Part shown: piece after piece, positions 8,598 through 16,126 of the stretch
Numbering within the stretch: position 1 is the first letter of the stretch
Layout of the letters: each line of letters opens with the position of its first letter
DNA from: a virus
DNA length: 64,000 bases
Strand: one strand, 5' to 3'
IMG/VR virus record: IMGVR_UViG_3300028581_000036
Coordinates: 7,041 to 71,040 of that record
Translations under genes and position numbers: made by a program
The notes under the pieces: model-generated
What the model was told of the DNA's origin: nothing
What the model saw: the letters and a program-made list of their open reading frames with translations, nothing else
The model's database searches: none

Positions 8598-8683
8598 AAC
8601 GATTGGGTGTATGAGAAGGTTTGCTTTGATGAATTTTCAAATTACCACTACTGCTGATAGCAAACTTTCTTATACACCTTGTT
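8598..8683 (+). repeat. attC-like hairpin 1
   Basis: AAC-GATTG-GGTGTATGAGAAGGTTTGCT ... AGCAAACTTTCTTATACACC-TT-GTT. Confidence 0.85.
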
Positions 8684-8800
8684 ATACACAGTACGGTTTA
8701 TTAAGGTAGAATGTTGATTTGAAACACGAATAAAAACTTTTTAAAAATGTGCGGTGGAAAATTTAATTCTGAATATTTATATATACAAATAAACTTTAAT

Positions 8801-9139
8801 ATGAAAAAGGAACTTAAACATTTGAAAACATTTGAACAGAACACAGATAAAAACTTGAATATATCTGGTGTTATACAACGGAATTTGTTATTATCAAAAT
8901 CTGATATTGAATACTTACGAAGTGTCGGATTTACACAAGATAATTCAAAAAATTCTGGTCTTTATTATTATGAAGATGATAATAAAACTAAGGTAATTGT
9001 ACCACAAGAAGATGGTACATATAAATTAGAATTTTATGAATGGTGTGATGATGGTGATGGTAATTATTACGAAGATTTTGATAAGGAATATAGTAAAAAA
9101 GGACAAACATTACAACAATTTATAGAAGATTGGATTTAA
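8801..9139 (+). CDS. cassette gene, acidic hypothetical protein; first 23 codons lie upstream of the GTT core at 8870
   Basis: ATG 8801 after A-rich leader; GTTATACAAC 8870 and GTTGTATAAC 9144. Confidence 0.75.
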   Translation: MKKELKHLKTFEQNTDKNLNISGVIQRNLLLSKSDIEYLRSVGFTQDNSKNSGLYYYEDDNKTKVIVPQEDGTYKLEFYEWCDDGDGNYYEDFDKEYSKKGQTLQQFIEDWI

Positions 9140-9150
9140 TTATGTTGTAT

Positions 9151-9236
9151 AACGGTTGCAAATATATGTAGGTTTTTTGTAACAAATGCTTAAAATTTAC
9201 GTATAACTTAATAAAAACTTACATATATTTGTTGTT
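9151..9236 (+). repeat. attC-like hairpin 2
   Basis: AAC-GGTTG-CAAATATATGTAGGTTTTT ... AAAAACTTACATATATTTG-TT-GTT. Confidence 0.85.
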
Positions 9237-9295
9237 ATGTGTATGTATTTTAATTTTTTGTGCGTGGGAAATATTAACTTAAAAATAGAAATAAA

Positions 9296-9505
9296 ATGGA
9301 AAAATTTATTGAAGTAAACGGAAACTGGTTGTTTAGTGATGAACATTTTTTATTGACTGAACGAGGTTGGCTAAAGGCAAAAGAACTACAAAATGGTGAT
9401 AAAGTTATTGGGGTGAAAGGAGAATCGACAATAAAAAATATTATAGAATGTGGAGAACGACCAGATGCACCGATTATTGGTGAAACAGGTGCGGTGGGAA
9501 ATTAA
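9296..9505 (+). CDS. cassette gene, minimal Hint/intein-like fragment
   Basis: SDEHFLLTERGWLKAKELQNGDKVI resembles Hint block B; ends in Asn; bracketed by GTTATGTGTA 9234 and TACACATAAC 9511. Confidence 0.65.
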   Translation: MEKFIEVNGNWLFSDEHFLLTERGWLKAKELQNGDKVIGVKGESTIKNIIECGERPDAPIIGETGAVGN

Positions 9506-9517
9506 AATATTACACAT

Positions 9518-9641
9518 AACGTGTTTGCGCTTGGCGCAGTGGTGGACTTCGGAGTGAAAAACTTTCAAGTTACCACCAAAGCCGATGCAAGGCACGATGT
9601 TGAATTAACCACTAAACCCGCCATTGAGCCAAACGCATGTT
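9518..9641 (+). repeat. attC-like hairpin 3
   Basis: AAC-GTGTT-TGCGCTTGGCGCAGTGGTGG ... CCGCCATTGAGCCAAACGCA-T-GTT. Confidence 0.85.
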
Positions 9642-9711
9642 AGGCGATGGCACGGTTAAATTAGTAGAAACTTAAAAACCTTGTGGTGTAAAGGCGAACC
9701 GCATATATAAA

Positions 9712-10320
9712 ATGACAAATACACAAAAATTTGCAAAGCAAGAGTTGGATATTCTTGCAGCAACAGTTCCAGATGCGATTGTAACACCATTCGCTAAAGA
9801 AATCTTAGCTTTATGTGAAGCATTTGGTAAATCAGGACAAAGTGGTGGTTCAGCACCATACACAGCATCAGCCATTGCACAATCGGTAAAAAAATTGTGC
9901 TTACAAGAGCCTATTTGTGATGTAACAGGACACGATAATGAGTGGGTTGATGTTGCCGAGTGGATGGGTGAACCAATGTATCAAAATGCAAGATGTGGCG
10001 GATTGTTTAAATACCAAAACGGGAAATGTAGCTATAATGATGCTATTGTTTGGAAAGGAGAAGAAGAACACGACACATTCACAGGCAGAGTTTACATTGA
10101 CGATAAGGATTTTGAACTGATTGGAAGTAGCCAATATGCAAGATTTCCATTTAAACCAAAAACATTTTATATTGACGTGGTTCGTGTTCCGATTACAAAA
10201 GATGATGCGGAAAAAAGAGGGATGCATTACATTGAGGATGGTTTTGGAGAATGTTACTACACGGTATTGAAAGACCCTAAACAACTTGAAAAGGTTTTTA
10301 AATACTATGACAAAAAGTAA
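9712..10320 (+). CDS. cassette gene, hypothetical protein (FxxxGQSGGSA motif)
   Basis: 202 aa; bracketed by GTTAGGCGA 9639 and TCGCCTAAC 10364. Confidence 0.85.
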   Translation: MTNTQKFAKQELDILAATVPDAIVTPFAKEILALCEAFGKSGQSGGSAPYTASAIAQSVKKLCLQEPICDVTGHDNEWVDVAEWMGEPMYQNARCGGLFKYQNGKCSYNDAIVWKGEEEHDTFTGRVYIDDKDFELIGSSQYARFPFKPKTFYIDVVRVPITKDDAEKRGMHYIEDGFGECYYTVLKDPKQLEKVFKYYDKK

Positions 10321-10369
10321 TTTAACGGGCAGGCACTATCGGATTAGCAGTTCGGTAGTGCTTTCGCCT

Positions 10370-10491
10370 AACGGTCGCAGGTATATTTAGTGCCTGATTA
10401 AATAGTAGAAACTTTCAAAATAGTAGAGAATATGAAAAATAAACAAATGTTAAAAACTGCGCAGAAACAGGCATTAAATATACCTGTTGTT
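10370..10491 (+). repeat. attC-like hairpin 4 (loop holds start codon of next gene)
   Basis: AAC-GGTCG-CAGGTATATTTAGTGCCTG ... CAGGCATTAAATATACCTG-TT-GTT; ATG 10432 in loop. Confidence 0.9.
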
Positions 10492-10722
10492 ATAGGTAGT
10501 GCTTTTGTTTCAATTTTTGATAGATTCGGGGTTACTTGTTACAATGAACACGACACTATTGACGATGCGATTAAATCATTAGAATACGGAAGTGATGAAG
10601 GTTTAATTATGGATATTGCTGTGATTGAAACAAAGACTAAACAAATGGTATGGTATCAAAAGTTTTTAGGTAAACATGAATGTAAAGCAAAGGTAGATAT
10701 GTTTGTTCAGCATTACCTATAA
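10432..10722 (+). CDS. cassette gene, hypothetical protein
   Basis: Stop TAA lies inside TACCTATAAC 10714, complementary to GTTATAGGTA 10489. Confidence 0.8.
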   Translation: MKNKQMLKTAQKQALNIPVVIGSAFVSIFDRFGVTCYNEHDTIDDAIKSLEYGSDEGLIMDIAVIETKTKQMVWYQKFLGKHECKAKVDMFVQHYL

Positions 10723-10805
10723 CGTCTGGCAATATATGTAGTTGCCATGTAGAAACTTAACAAATTAGTATAAACCTTAATGGGCAATTACATATATTGC
10801 TTGTT
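10721..10805 (+). repeat. attC-like hairpin 5
   Basis: AAC-GTCTG-GCAATATATGTAGTTGCC ... GGCAATTACATATATTGC-TT-GTT. Confidence 0.9.
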
Positions 10806-10821
10806 AGCAAACGTAATTATT

Positions 10822-11016
10822 ATGGCAAAAAGTTTAGAAAAAGAACCAATGATTATACCAAACGAATATGATGGATTATGGTCGGCATATTATGTTGAAA
10901 TTATATTCCACAACGGGAATAAATCACATCCAATTAAATTAGATGAAGGTGTTCGTGGGATAAACTGCAAATGTAAGGTAACTGTTGATGAGGATGGTTG
11001 GCTTTATGTTTGCTAA
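10822..11016 (+). CDS. cassette gene, hypothetical protein (alternative in-frame start 10780 inside hairpin)
   Basis: GTTAGCAAAC 10803 and GTTTGCTAAC 11008; stop inside TAAC. Confidence 0.75.
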   Translation: MAKSLEKEPMIIPNEYDGLWSAYYVEIIFHNGNKSHPIKLDEGVRGINCKCKVTVDEDGWLYVC

Positions 11017-11137
11017 CGGAAAAGTATTGGCGATGTTGCCAATTTGAAAAACAAATGTTCAAAATTTAAACAAAAGTTGATATGAAAATTGAAGTTAAAA
11101 TAACCGATGAAGCTGGCAATTTTGCCAATACCGTGTT
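11015..11137 (+). repeat. attC-like hairpin 6 (loop holds start codon of next gene)
   Basis: AAC-GGAAAA-GTATTGGCGATGTTGCCA ... TGGCAATTTTGCCAATAC-CGT-GTT; ATG 11082 in loop. Confidence 0.85.
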
Positions 11138-11405
11138 AGGTGCAGTTTATTTTTTCCCAAATTATATGATAGAACACATAATTGAACTATCACAAGAATA
11201 TAAAGAAATTGTTTCATTATCAGATATTGAAAAGTTTAAAAGCATTGCAACCGCTTACGATGAAACTTATATTAGCCAATTGATTTCAAACTGCGTCAAT
11301 TGGACAATGAAAAAAGATTGGGATGATAAATACTACCAAAAATTAAAAAGAGATGAAATTAAAACACTTGAAAGAGTAAAGTATCGGGTCAAACGTGGTC
11401 GCTAA
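11082..11405 (+). CDS. cassette gene, hypothetical protein
   Basis: GTTAGGTGCA 11135 and TGCACCTAAC 11408. Confidence 0.75.
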   Translation: MKIEVKITDEAGNFANTVLGAVYFFPNYMIEHIIELSQEYKEIVSLSDIEKFKSIATAYDETYISQLISNCVNWTMKKDWDDKYYQKLKRDEIKTLERVKYRVKRGR

Positions 11406-11469
11406 ATTGCACCTAACTATTATATATAAACAACTCTATGCAACTGACTGATTATTAATACTTTATAAC

Positions 11470-11682
11470 ATGAAAAAGACTGACTATTACAAAATCTGTG
11501 AACAAAAATTGAAGAACTTCAAACTGCAGCAGGCCATGAACCGCTTATGAGTGTTATCCCGACTAAGAATAGGTATCACCTGATTACTAGGCCTTTTAAT
11601 ATTAAACTATTAGAGCCATTGATGTACAGTGGGGCCGTTGTTCGATATTCACAAGGATAATCCAACTGTTCTTTATTTATAG
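11470..11682 (+). pseudogene. frameshifted remnant of a phage hypothetical gene
   Basis: IPTKNRYHLITRPFN and DIHKDNPTVLY segments occur in different frames; pattern recalled from phage proteins, not searched. Confidence 0.45.
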
Positions 11683-11688
11683 GATTAT

Positions 11689-11730
11689 TGCAAATTACTT
11701 TTTTATTTAAAACATTATATGTATATTTGA
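11689..11730 (+). promoter_or_regulatory. class 1 promoter
   Basis: TGCAA 11689, TATATTTG 11722. Confidence 0.7.
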
Positions 11731-11733
11731 ATT

Positions 11734-12150
11734 ATGACAGACAATAAAATTAAAATTTATTTAGACGACGTTAGAACCCCGGTTGAAAAGAATTGGGTTG
11801 TCGTAAGAAGCTATGATGAGTTCATAGCCAAAGTAAATGAAATTGGTTTAGAAAATATCGATTTTATTTCATTAGACCATGATCTAGGCGACTCAGCAAT
11901 GAAGGAATGGCATAAAAATGTGTATCACAACTATACATTAGACTACAACAGCATTACTGAGAAAACAGGCTATGATTGTGCTAAATGGTTGGTTGAACAG
12001 TGGATGGAAGGACAATCTGTTGTTGATGTGTACACCCATTCAGCAAATGCTATTGGCAGTGCAAACATCATGGGCTACATCAACAATTTCAGACACATAA
12101 ATCACTTACCGCAAAATTGTGTTAGAGTACAAATAGAACACACGGTATAA
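11734..12150 (+). CDS. cyclic-phosphate-processing receiver-like domain protein
   Basis: YLDDVR, ISLDHDLG, TGYDCAKWL, HSAN motifs. Confidence 0.75.
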   Translation: MTDNKIKIYLDDVRTPVEKNWVVVRSYDEFIAKVNEIGLENIDFISLDHDLGDSAMKEWHKNVYHNYTLDYNSITEKTGYDCAKWLVEQWMEGQSVVDVYTHSANAIGSANIMGYINNFRHINHLPQNCVRVQIEHTV

Positions 12151-12159
12151 TAGTAAAAC

Positions 12160-12312
12160 ATGAACAGCACAATACATCTTATTTTTCAGGAAGCAAAAAA
12201 CATGACAAGTTCACATTATGAAGACTATATTGCACTTAGTGCAATCGCTGCAGTCGTGGCAGTTGCGTTCTGGTTGAGTTTTAAAAATAATTCTAAATTA
12301 GAAACAGAATAA
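12160..12312 (+). CDS. small membrane protein (50 aa, not in ORF track)
   Basis: ATG 12160 to TAA 12312; YIALSAIAAVVAVAFWLSF helix; fills the gap between neighbours. Confidence 0.55.
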   Translation: MNSTIHLIFQEAKNMTSSHYEDYIALSAIAAVVAVAFWLSFKNNSKLETE

Positions 12313-12314
12313 AA

Positions 12315-13451
12315 ATGGAAAATTTAAACAGCGTGGCCTATGTAGCCAGAATTAATGAAATTAAACCCATTGAGGGCGCCGATAATATTGAACAGGCAGT
12401 TGTAGGAGGATGGAATTGTATTATCCAAAAAGGACAATATACTGAAGGCGGATTAGTTGTAGTAGCAACAACAGACGCAGTCATTCCGCAAAATCTTTCT
12501 GATAAGATGAATGTAACTAATTACTTGCGTAAAGGTCAACGAGTACGTACTGTAAAGTTAAGAGGTGTATATTCAGAGTGTTTGATTATTCCGTTGCTTT
12601 ACATACTTAAGGGTAATATTGATACTTACACTGAAGGTAAGGATATGATGGAAGTAATGGGCATCTCTAAATATGAACCGCCTATTAAGCAGGTTCAATT
12701 AGCATCAGGTAAAAAGATTAAATATCAATCAAATCCTAACTTCCATGTCTACTATAAGTTTCCAAACATTAAAAATGTTCCTGGAATATTCACTGAAAAG
12801 GATAACGTACAGATTACTCTCAAACTCCATGGAACCAATGCCCGTTATGGAATTGTAAAGAAGACTAAACTATCTTTAATAGATAAAGTCAAAAAGTTTT
12901 TTCGACTTGCAGATAAGTGGATTGATTATGAATTTGTGGTAGGTTCCCATAATGTTGAAAAAGGTTCTGATTCACAAGGATACTATGACACCAACGTCTG
13001 GTATGATATCGCTGATAAATACAAGCTAAAAGAAAAACTTTGGCATTATGTTAAGGTAAGAGCAAGTGTTGATAAAATAGAGGCAGGTGTGGTTATATAC
13101 GGAGAGATATATGGTCCAGGCATACAGAAAAACTACGACTATGGTTTAAAAGAGTTGGAGTTTGCTGTGTTTGATGTTACCTGGAATAATGAGTATGAGA
13201 ACGCAATTCGCACTGAGCATGTTGTTAAAAATGCTTTAATGCTTCCTCATGTTCCTGTTTTGTATACTGGCTGTTGGTCTCAAGGGGTACAAGACAAGTA
13301 TGTGTTTAATAACGTAATTGAAGGCACTAAAGTACCACATGAAGGAATTGTAATTAAGCACGTAAGTGGTAAAAGACAAAATATAGCCAAGGCCATCAAT
13401 CCGGATTACTTAATTTATGGAGAAAAGCACGATGTAGGTGATAGTCATTAA
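12315..13451 (+). CDS. RNA ligase, DRB0094/Rnl2-like family
   Basis: N-terminal IEGADNIE OB-like domain; KLHGTN, GEIYGPGIQ, FDV, HEGIV, AKAIN motifs. Confidence 0.9.
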   Translation: MENLNSVAYVARINEIKPIEGADNIEQAVVGGWNCIIQKGQYTEGGLVVVATTDAVIPQNLSDKMNVTNYLRKGQRVRTVKLRGVYSECLIIPLLYILKGNIDTYTEGKDMMEVMGISKYEPPIKQVQLASGKKIKYQSNPNFHVYYKFPNIKNVPGIFTEKDNVQITLKLHGTNARYGIVKKTKLSLIDKVKKFFRLADKWIDYEFVVGSHNVEKGSDSQGYYDTNVWYDIADKYKLKEKLWHYVKVRASVDKIEAGVVIYGEIYGPGIQKNYDYGLKELEFAVFDVTWNNEYENAIRTEHVVKNALMLPHVPVLYTGCWSQGVQDKYVFNNVIEGTKVPHEGIVIKHVSGKRQNIAKAINPDYLIYGEKHDVGDSH

Positions 13452-13530
13452 TATATACACAATAAACAGTGTCACGTCTACTAAAATCTAAGAAGTGTAA
13501 ATGATTTGGAAATAAAATAAAATTCATGAA

Positions 13531-13785
13531 TTGGTTAATAATTATGACATAGTAACATTTGAAATTGCAGAAAGGTTAAATAAGTTAGGCTATTTGCAAC
13601 ATAATGGGTATTATTATAACATTTATAATAAAATGGCTTTTACCACATCTTATCATACCCATTCCGAGGCCATTTTTGCGCCTGGTGTCAAGGAAGTCGC
13701 TGAATGGCTAAAGATTATGTTTAAAGCAAATGTTGAACCCAGTAATGATTCAATCGCCGAATTTTTAAAAACTATAAAATCGTAA
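13531..13785 (+). CDS. hypothetical protein
   Basis: 84-aa ORF (VTFEIAERL...APGVKEVAEWL). Confidence 0.6.
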   Translation: MVNNYDIVTFEIAERLNKLGYLQHNGYYYNIYNKMAFTTSYHTHSEAIFAPGVKEVAEWLKIMFKANVEPSNDSIAEFLKTIKS

Positions 13786-13787
13786 AC

Positions 13788-13829
13788 TGCAAATTACTTT
13801 CAAAGCTTACATATATTTTGTATATTTAC
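13788..13829 (+). promoter_or_regulatory. class 1 promoter
   Basis: TGCAA 13788, TATATTTA 13821. Confidence 0.65.
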
Positions 13830-13851
13830 ATTGTAACATTAATATATAAAA

Positions 13852-14301
13852 ATGGCATATAGCAGATGGTCGAATAGCAGATGGTATACATTTTGGGCGA
13901 GTGGCGAATCATTAAAGTATAAAATTCCATTACAGGTTATAAAAGATAATCAGGTCTTTGAAATTTGTGATATTCCAGGCTATAGTATAACATACGCCCA
14001 GATTAAACAAGAAGGTATGTTTAATATACTAATGGGTGTTAAAAATTTTTACGGCGAACAACATTCAGTTCCTATTTTAACAAAAACAGATTGTGGCGAA
14101 TTCATTTATGAAGAAACCGTTATAGACCAGGATGCTATCTCTTTTAAAGAATTACATGAACTAAGAACATATATCGAGAGGTTTATAGAAGACGTTGATG
14201 AATACTTTAAACCCCATAACTTCTTTGTATACGAGTGGTATTATCCTATAAGAAACACTGTATGTAATTTCTTTTTAAATTTTAAAAATAAAGTATTTTA
14301 A
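13852..14301 (+). CDS. hypothetical protein
   Basis: 149 aa, MAYSRWSNSRWYTFW start. Confidence 0.75.
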   Translation: MAYSRWSNSRWYTFWASGESLKYKIPLQVIKDNQVFEICDIPGYSITYAQIKQEGMFNILMGVKNFYGEQHSVPILTKTDCGEFIYEETVIDQDAISFKELHELRTYIERFIEDVDEYFKPHNFFVYEWYYPIRNTVCNFFLNFKNKVF

Positions 14302-14326
14302 ACATTCTAAAATATGTAAATATAAT
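14299..14326 (+). promoter_or_regulatory. class 2 promoter AAAC-N17-TATAAH
   Basis: TAAAC 14299, TATAAT 14321; same spacing at 16649, 20494, 23053, 32703. Confidence 0.6.
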
Positions 14327-14330
14327 AAAT

Positions 14331-15032
14331 ATGAGAATAACATTAATAAGCGATACACACAACAAGCATAAGCAAATAACACAGTACCTACAAGGCGGCG
14401 ATGTTCTCATCCATGCAGGAGATATCTCTAGCATGGGTTATGAACATGAAATCATAGAGTTTTGTAAGTGGTTTAATGGTCTCAATAATTACACTCATAA
14501 AATATTTATTGCAGGTAATCATGATTGGGGATTTCAACACAATCCTATAAAAATAAAAGAGATATTAGATTTTTATACTAACATAACTTATTTACAAGAT
14601 GACTTTGTTATTATTGGTGAAGATGCACAAAATATAGTTAAGATATATGGCAGCCCTTGGCAACCAAGATTCCATGATTGGGCTTTTAATGCTGACCCGG
14701 GACAAGACATTCAACAGCACTGGAATAAGATACCGAATGATACGGACATTCTTATAACTCACGGACCTGCATACGGTTATTTAGATACTGTAATAGGTAG
14801 AGGTCATGATAACTTAGGTTGCAAAGACCTTGTTAACAAAATTGTTGAGATAAAACCTAAAATCCATGCCTGTGGCCATATTCACACAGGTTACGGCCAT
14901 AAGGTAAGCACAGACGGTGCTGTAAACTTTTTCAATGCTGCTGTATTGAATGAACAGTATGTTTATGCACAAAAGCCAATTACGTTTGATTGGAATAAAG
15001 CAACTAATGAAATTGAATTTTTAAACACATAA
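14331..15032 (+). CDS. metallophosphoesterase (MPPED/239FB-like)
   Basis: ISDTH, HAGD, IAGNHD, THGP, CGHIH motifs. Confidence 0.9.
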   Translation: MRITLISDTHNKHKQITQYLQGGDVLIHAGDISSMGYEHEIIEFCKWFNGLNNYTHKIFIAGNHDWGFQHNPIKIKEILDFYTNITYLQDDFVIIGEDAQNIVKIYGSPWQPRFHDWAFNADPGQDIQQHWNKIPNDTDILITHGPAYGYLDTVIGRGHDNLGCKDLVNKIVEIKPKIHACGHIHTGYGHKVSTDGAVNFFNAAVLNEQYVYAQKPITFDWNKATNEIEFLNT

Positions 15033-15036
15033 TATT

Positions 15037-15321
15037 ATGCCAACATTTTACCAAAACGATTTCGATATTGAAGTTGATGATTTTTTAAATAACTGTGACA
15101 ATGAAGAAATAAATGAAATTATTTCCTATCTACGAGAAAATGACTATTTAACAAATGGTTTAAACAGTTATATTGCCTCTATTGACGATAGCGGATTAAA
15201 CCTACTTGAACACGAGTGGAATACACTTATTTCATTTATTTCAGACAGTAGATTAAGTATATCAAATGAAGACGAAGACATTATAAGAACCATTGCTAAA
15301 AAATATGGCTACTATCAATGA
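15037..15321 (+). CDS. acidic hypothetical protein
   Basis: 94-aa ORF in operon, ATGA overlap with next gene. Confidence 0.7.
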   Translation: MPTFYQNDFDIEVDDFLNNCDNEEINEIISYLRENDYLTNGLNSYIASIDDSGLNLLEHEWNTLISFISDSRLSISNEDEDIIRTIAKKYGYYQ

Positions 15322-15554
15322 AGTCAAAGATACATGTCAATCAACATCATATAAGGTCGAATAAGACTTACGGTACTGATCTGCCTGTTTTAACAATTAA
15401 AAGAGGCAAATCTAACACATACTGTAATGAAGTTGAAATATTAGGTCCAAGTAAAATAGTTTACTGCGGAAGTGGTTGTGATGCTAAACCGCTTCTTAGC
15501 TGCGGTGCAAGAGTTATAATAGAAACAGAAAATGAAATCAAAATCATTAGATAA
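15318..15554 (+). CDS. conserved phage hypothetical protein
   Basis: IHVNQH...KPLLSCGARV motif. Confidence 0.75.
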   Translation: MKSKIHVNQHHIRSNKTYGTDLPVLTIKRGKSNTYCNEVEILGPSKIVYCGSGCDAKPLLSCGARVIIETENEIKIIR

Positions 15555-16116
15555 AAAAATAAACTTCTTCGAGTATATTCGCTTGCGGTGGAAGTTTGAT
15601 GGTCAATATTTACATAAGGAATTTACTAGAGGTGTAAAAAATCTTTGGAAATGGTTTCCTGTTATTTGGAAAGACAGAGACTGGGACGATTATTTTATTT
15701 GGCAAATAATGATTTTTAAGCTTAAAAATCAAGCCAAATACATTGGCTGCAGGGATATCCACACTCGAGCAAAAAGAGATGCACAGATTATGATGACATG
15801 TGCGCGTTTAATGAAAAAGGTGAAAGAAGAATATTATCAAATGGAATACATGGATTATTGTGAAAATGACTTTGGCTTTGTTCCAGCCGAAACCCCGGGC
15901 TATAGTGAATTAAAAATCACTCCCATATCTGAAAATTTTGATGAGTATTTTACTAAAAGAAAAACAGCTTATCGCCATGTTATGAAAAACGGCGGCATCT
16001 TTGGTAATGATGATAAACAAAACATTGCAATGAGCATGTGCCGATATCAACATGAGAAAGCTCGAAAGATTTTATTTACACTTATGGAACGTAATATAGA
16101 ATGCTGGTGGGATTAA
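15532..16116 (+). CDS. conserved phage hypothetical protein
   Basis: IWKDRDWD and C-terminal WWD motifs. Confidence 0.8.
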   Translation: MKSKSLDKKINFFEYIRLRWKFDGQYLHKEFTRGVKNLWKWFPVIWKDRDWDDYFIWQIMIFKLKNQAKYIGCRDIHTRAKRDAQIMMTCARLMKKVKEEYYQMEYMDYCENDFGFVPAETPGYSELKITPISENFDEYFTKRKTAYRHVMKNGGIFGNDDKQNIAMSMCRYQHEKARKILFTLMERNIECWWD

Positions 16117-16126
16117 TAAAATAAAA

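Larger units (their letters stand above)
8160..11470 (+). mobile_element. integron-like gene cassette array without integrase in window (CALIN-like)
   Basis: Six ORFs, each bracketed by GTT-core and the reverse-complementary core-AAC; six AAC...GTT imperfect hairpins in the array (8598-11137). Confidence 0.85.

Noticed and set aside
8747-8800. Longer start for the 8747..9139 ORF
   Set aside because: The extension translates a non-coding motif and a promoter-like tract; ATG 8801 has the typical A-rich leader.
8160-11470. CRISPR array or simple terminators as explanation for the intergenic hairpins
   Set aside because: Hairpins differ in sequence, are separated by whole genes, lack U-tails, and show cassette-specific GTT/AAC complementarity across each ORF.
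7468-12150. Integron integrase adjacent to the cassette array
   Set aside because: Flanking genes are a metallophosphoesterase and a receiver-like protein; no ORF in the window shows the tyrosine-recombinase R-H-x-x-R-H-Y pattern.
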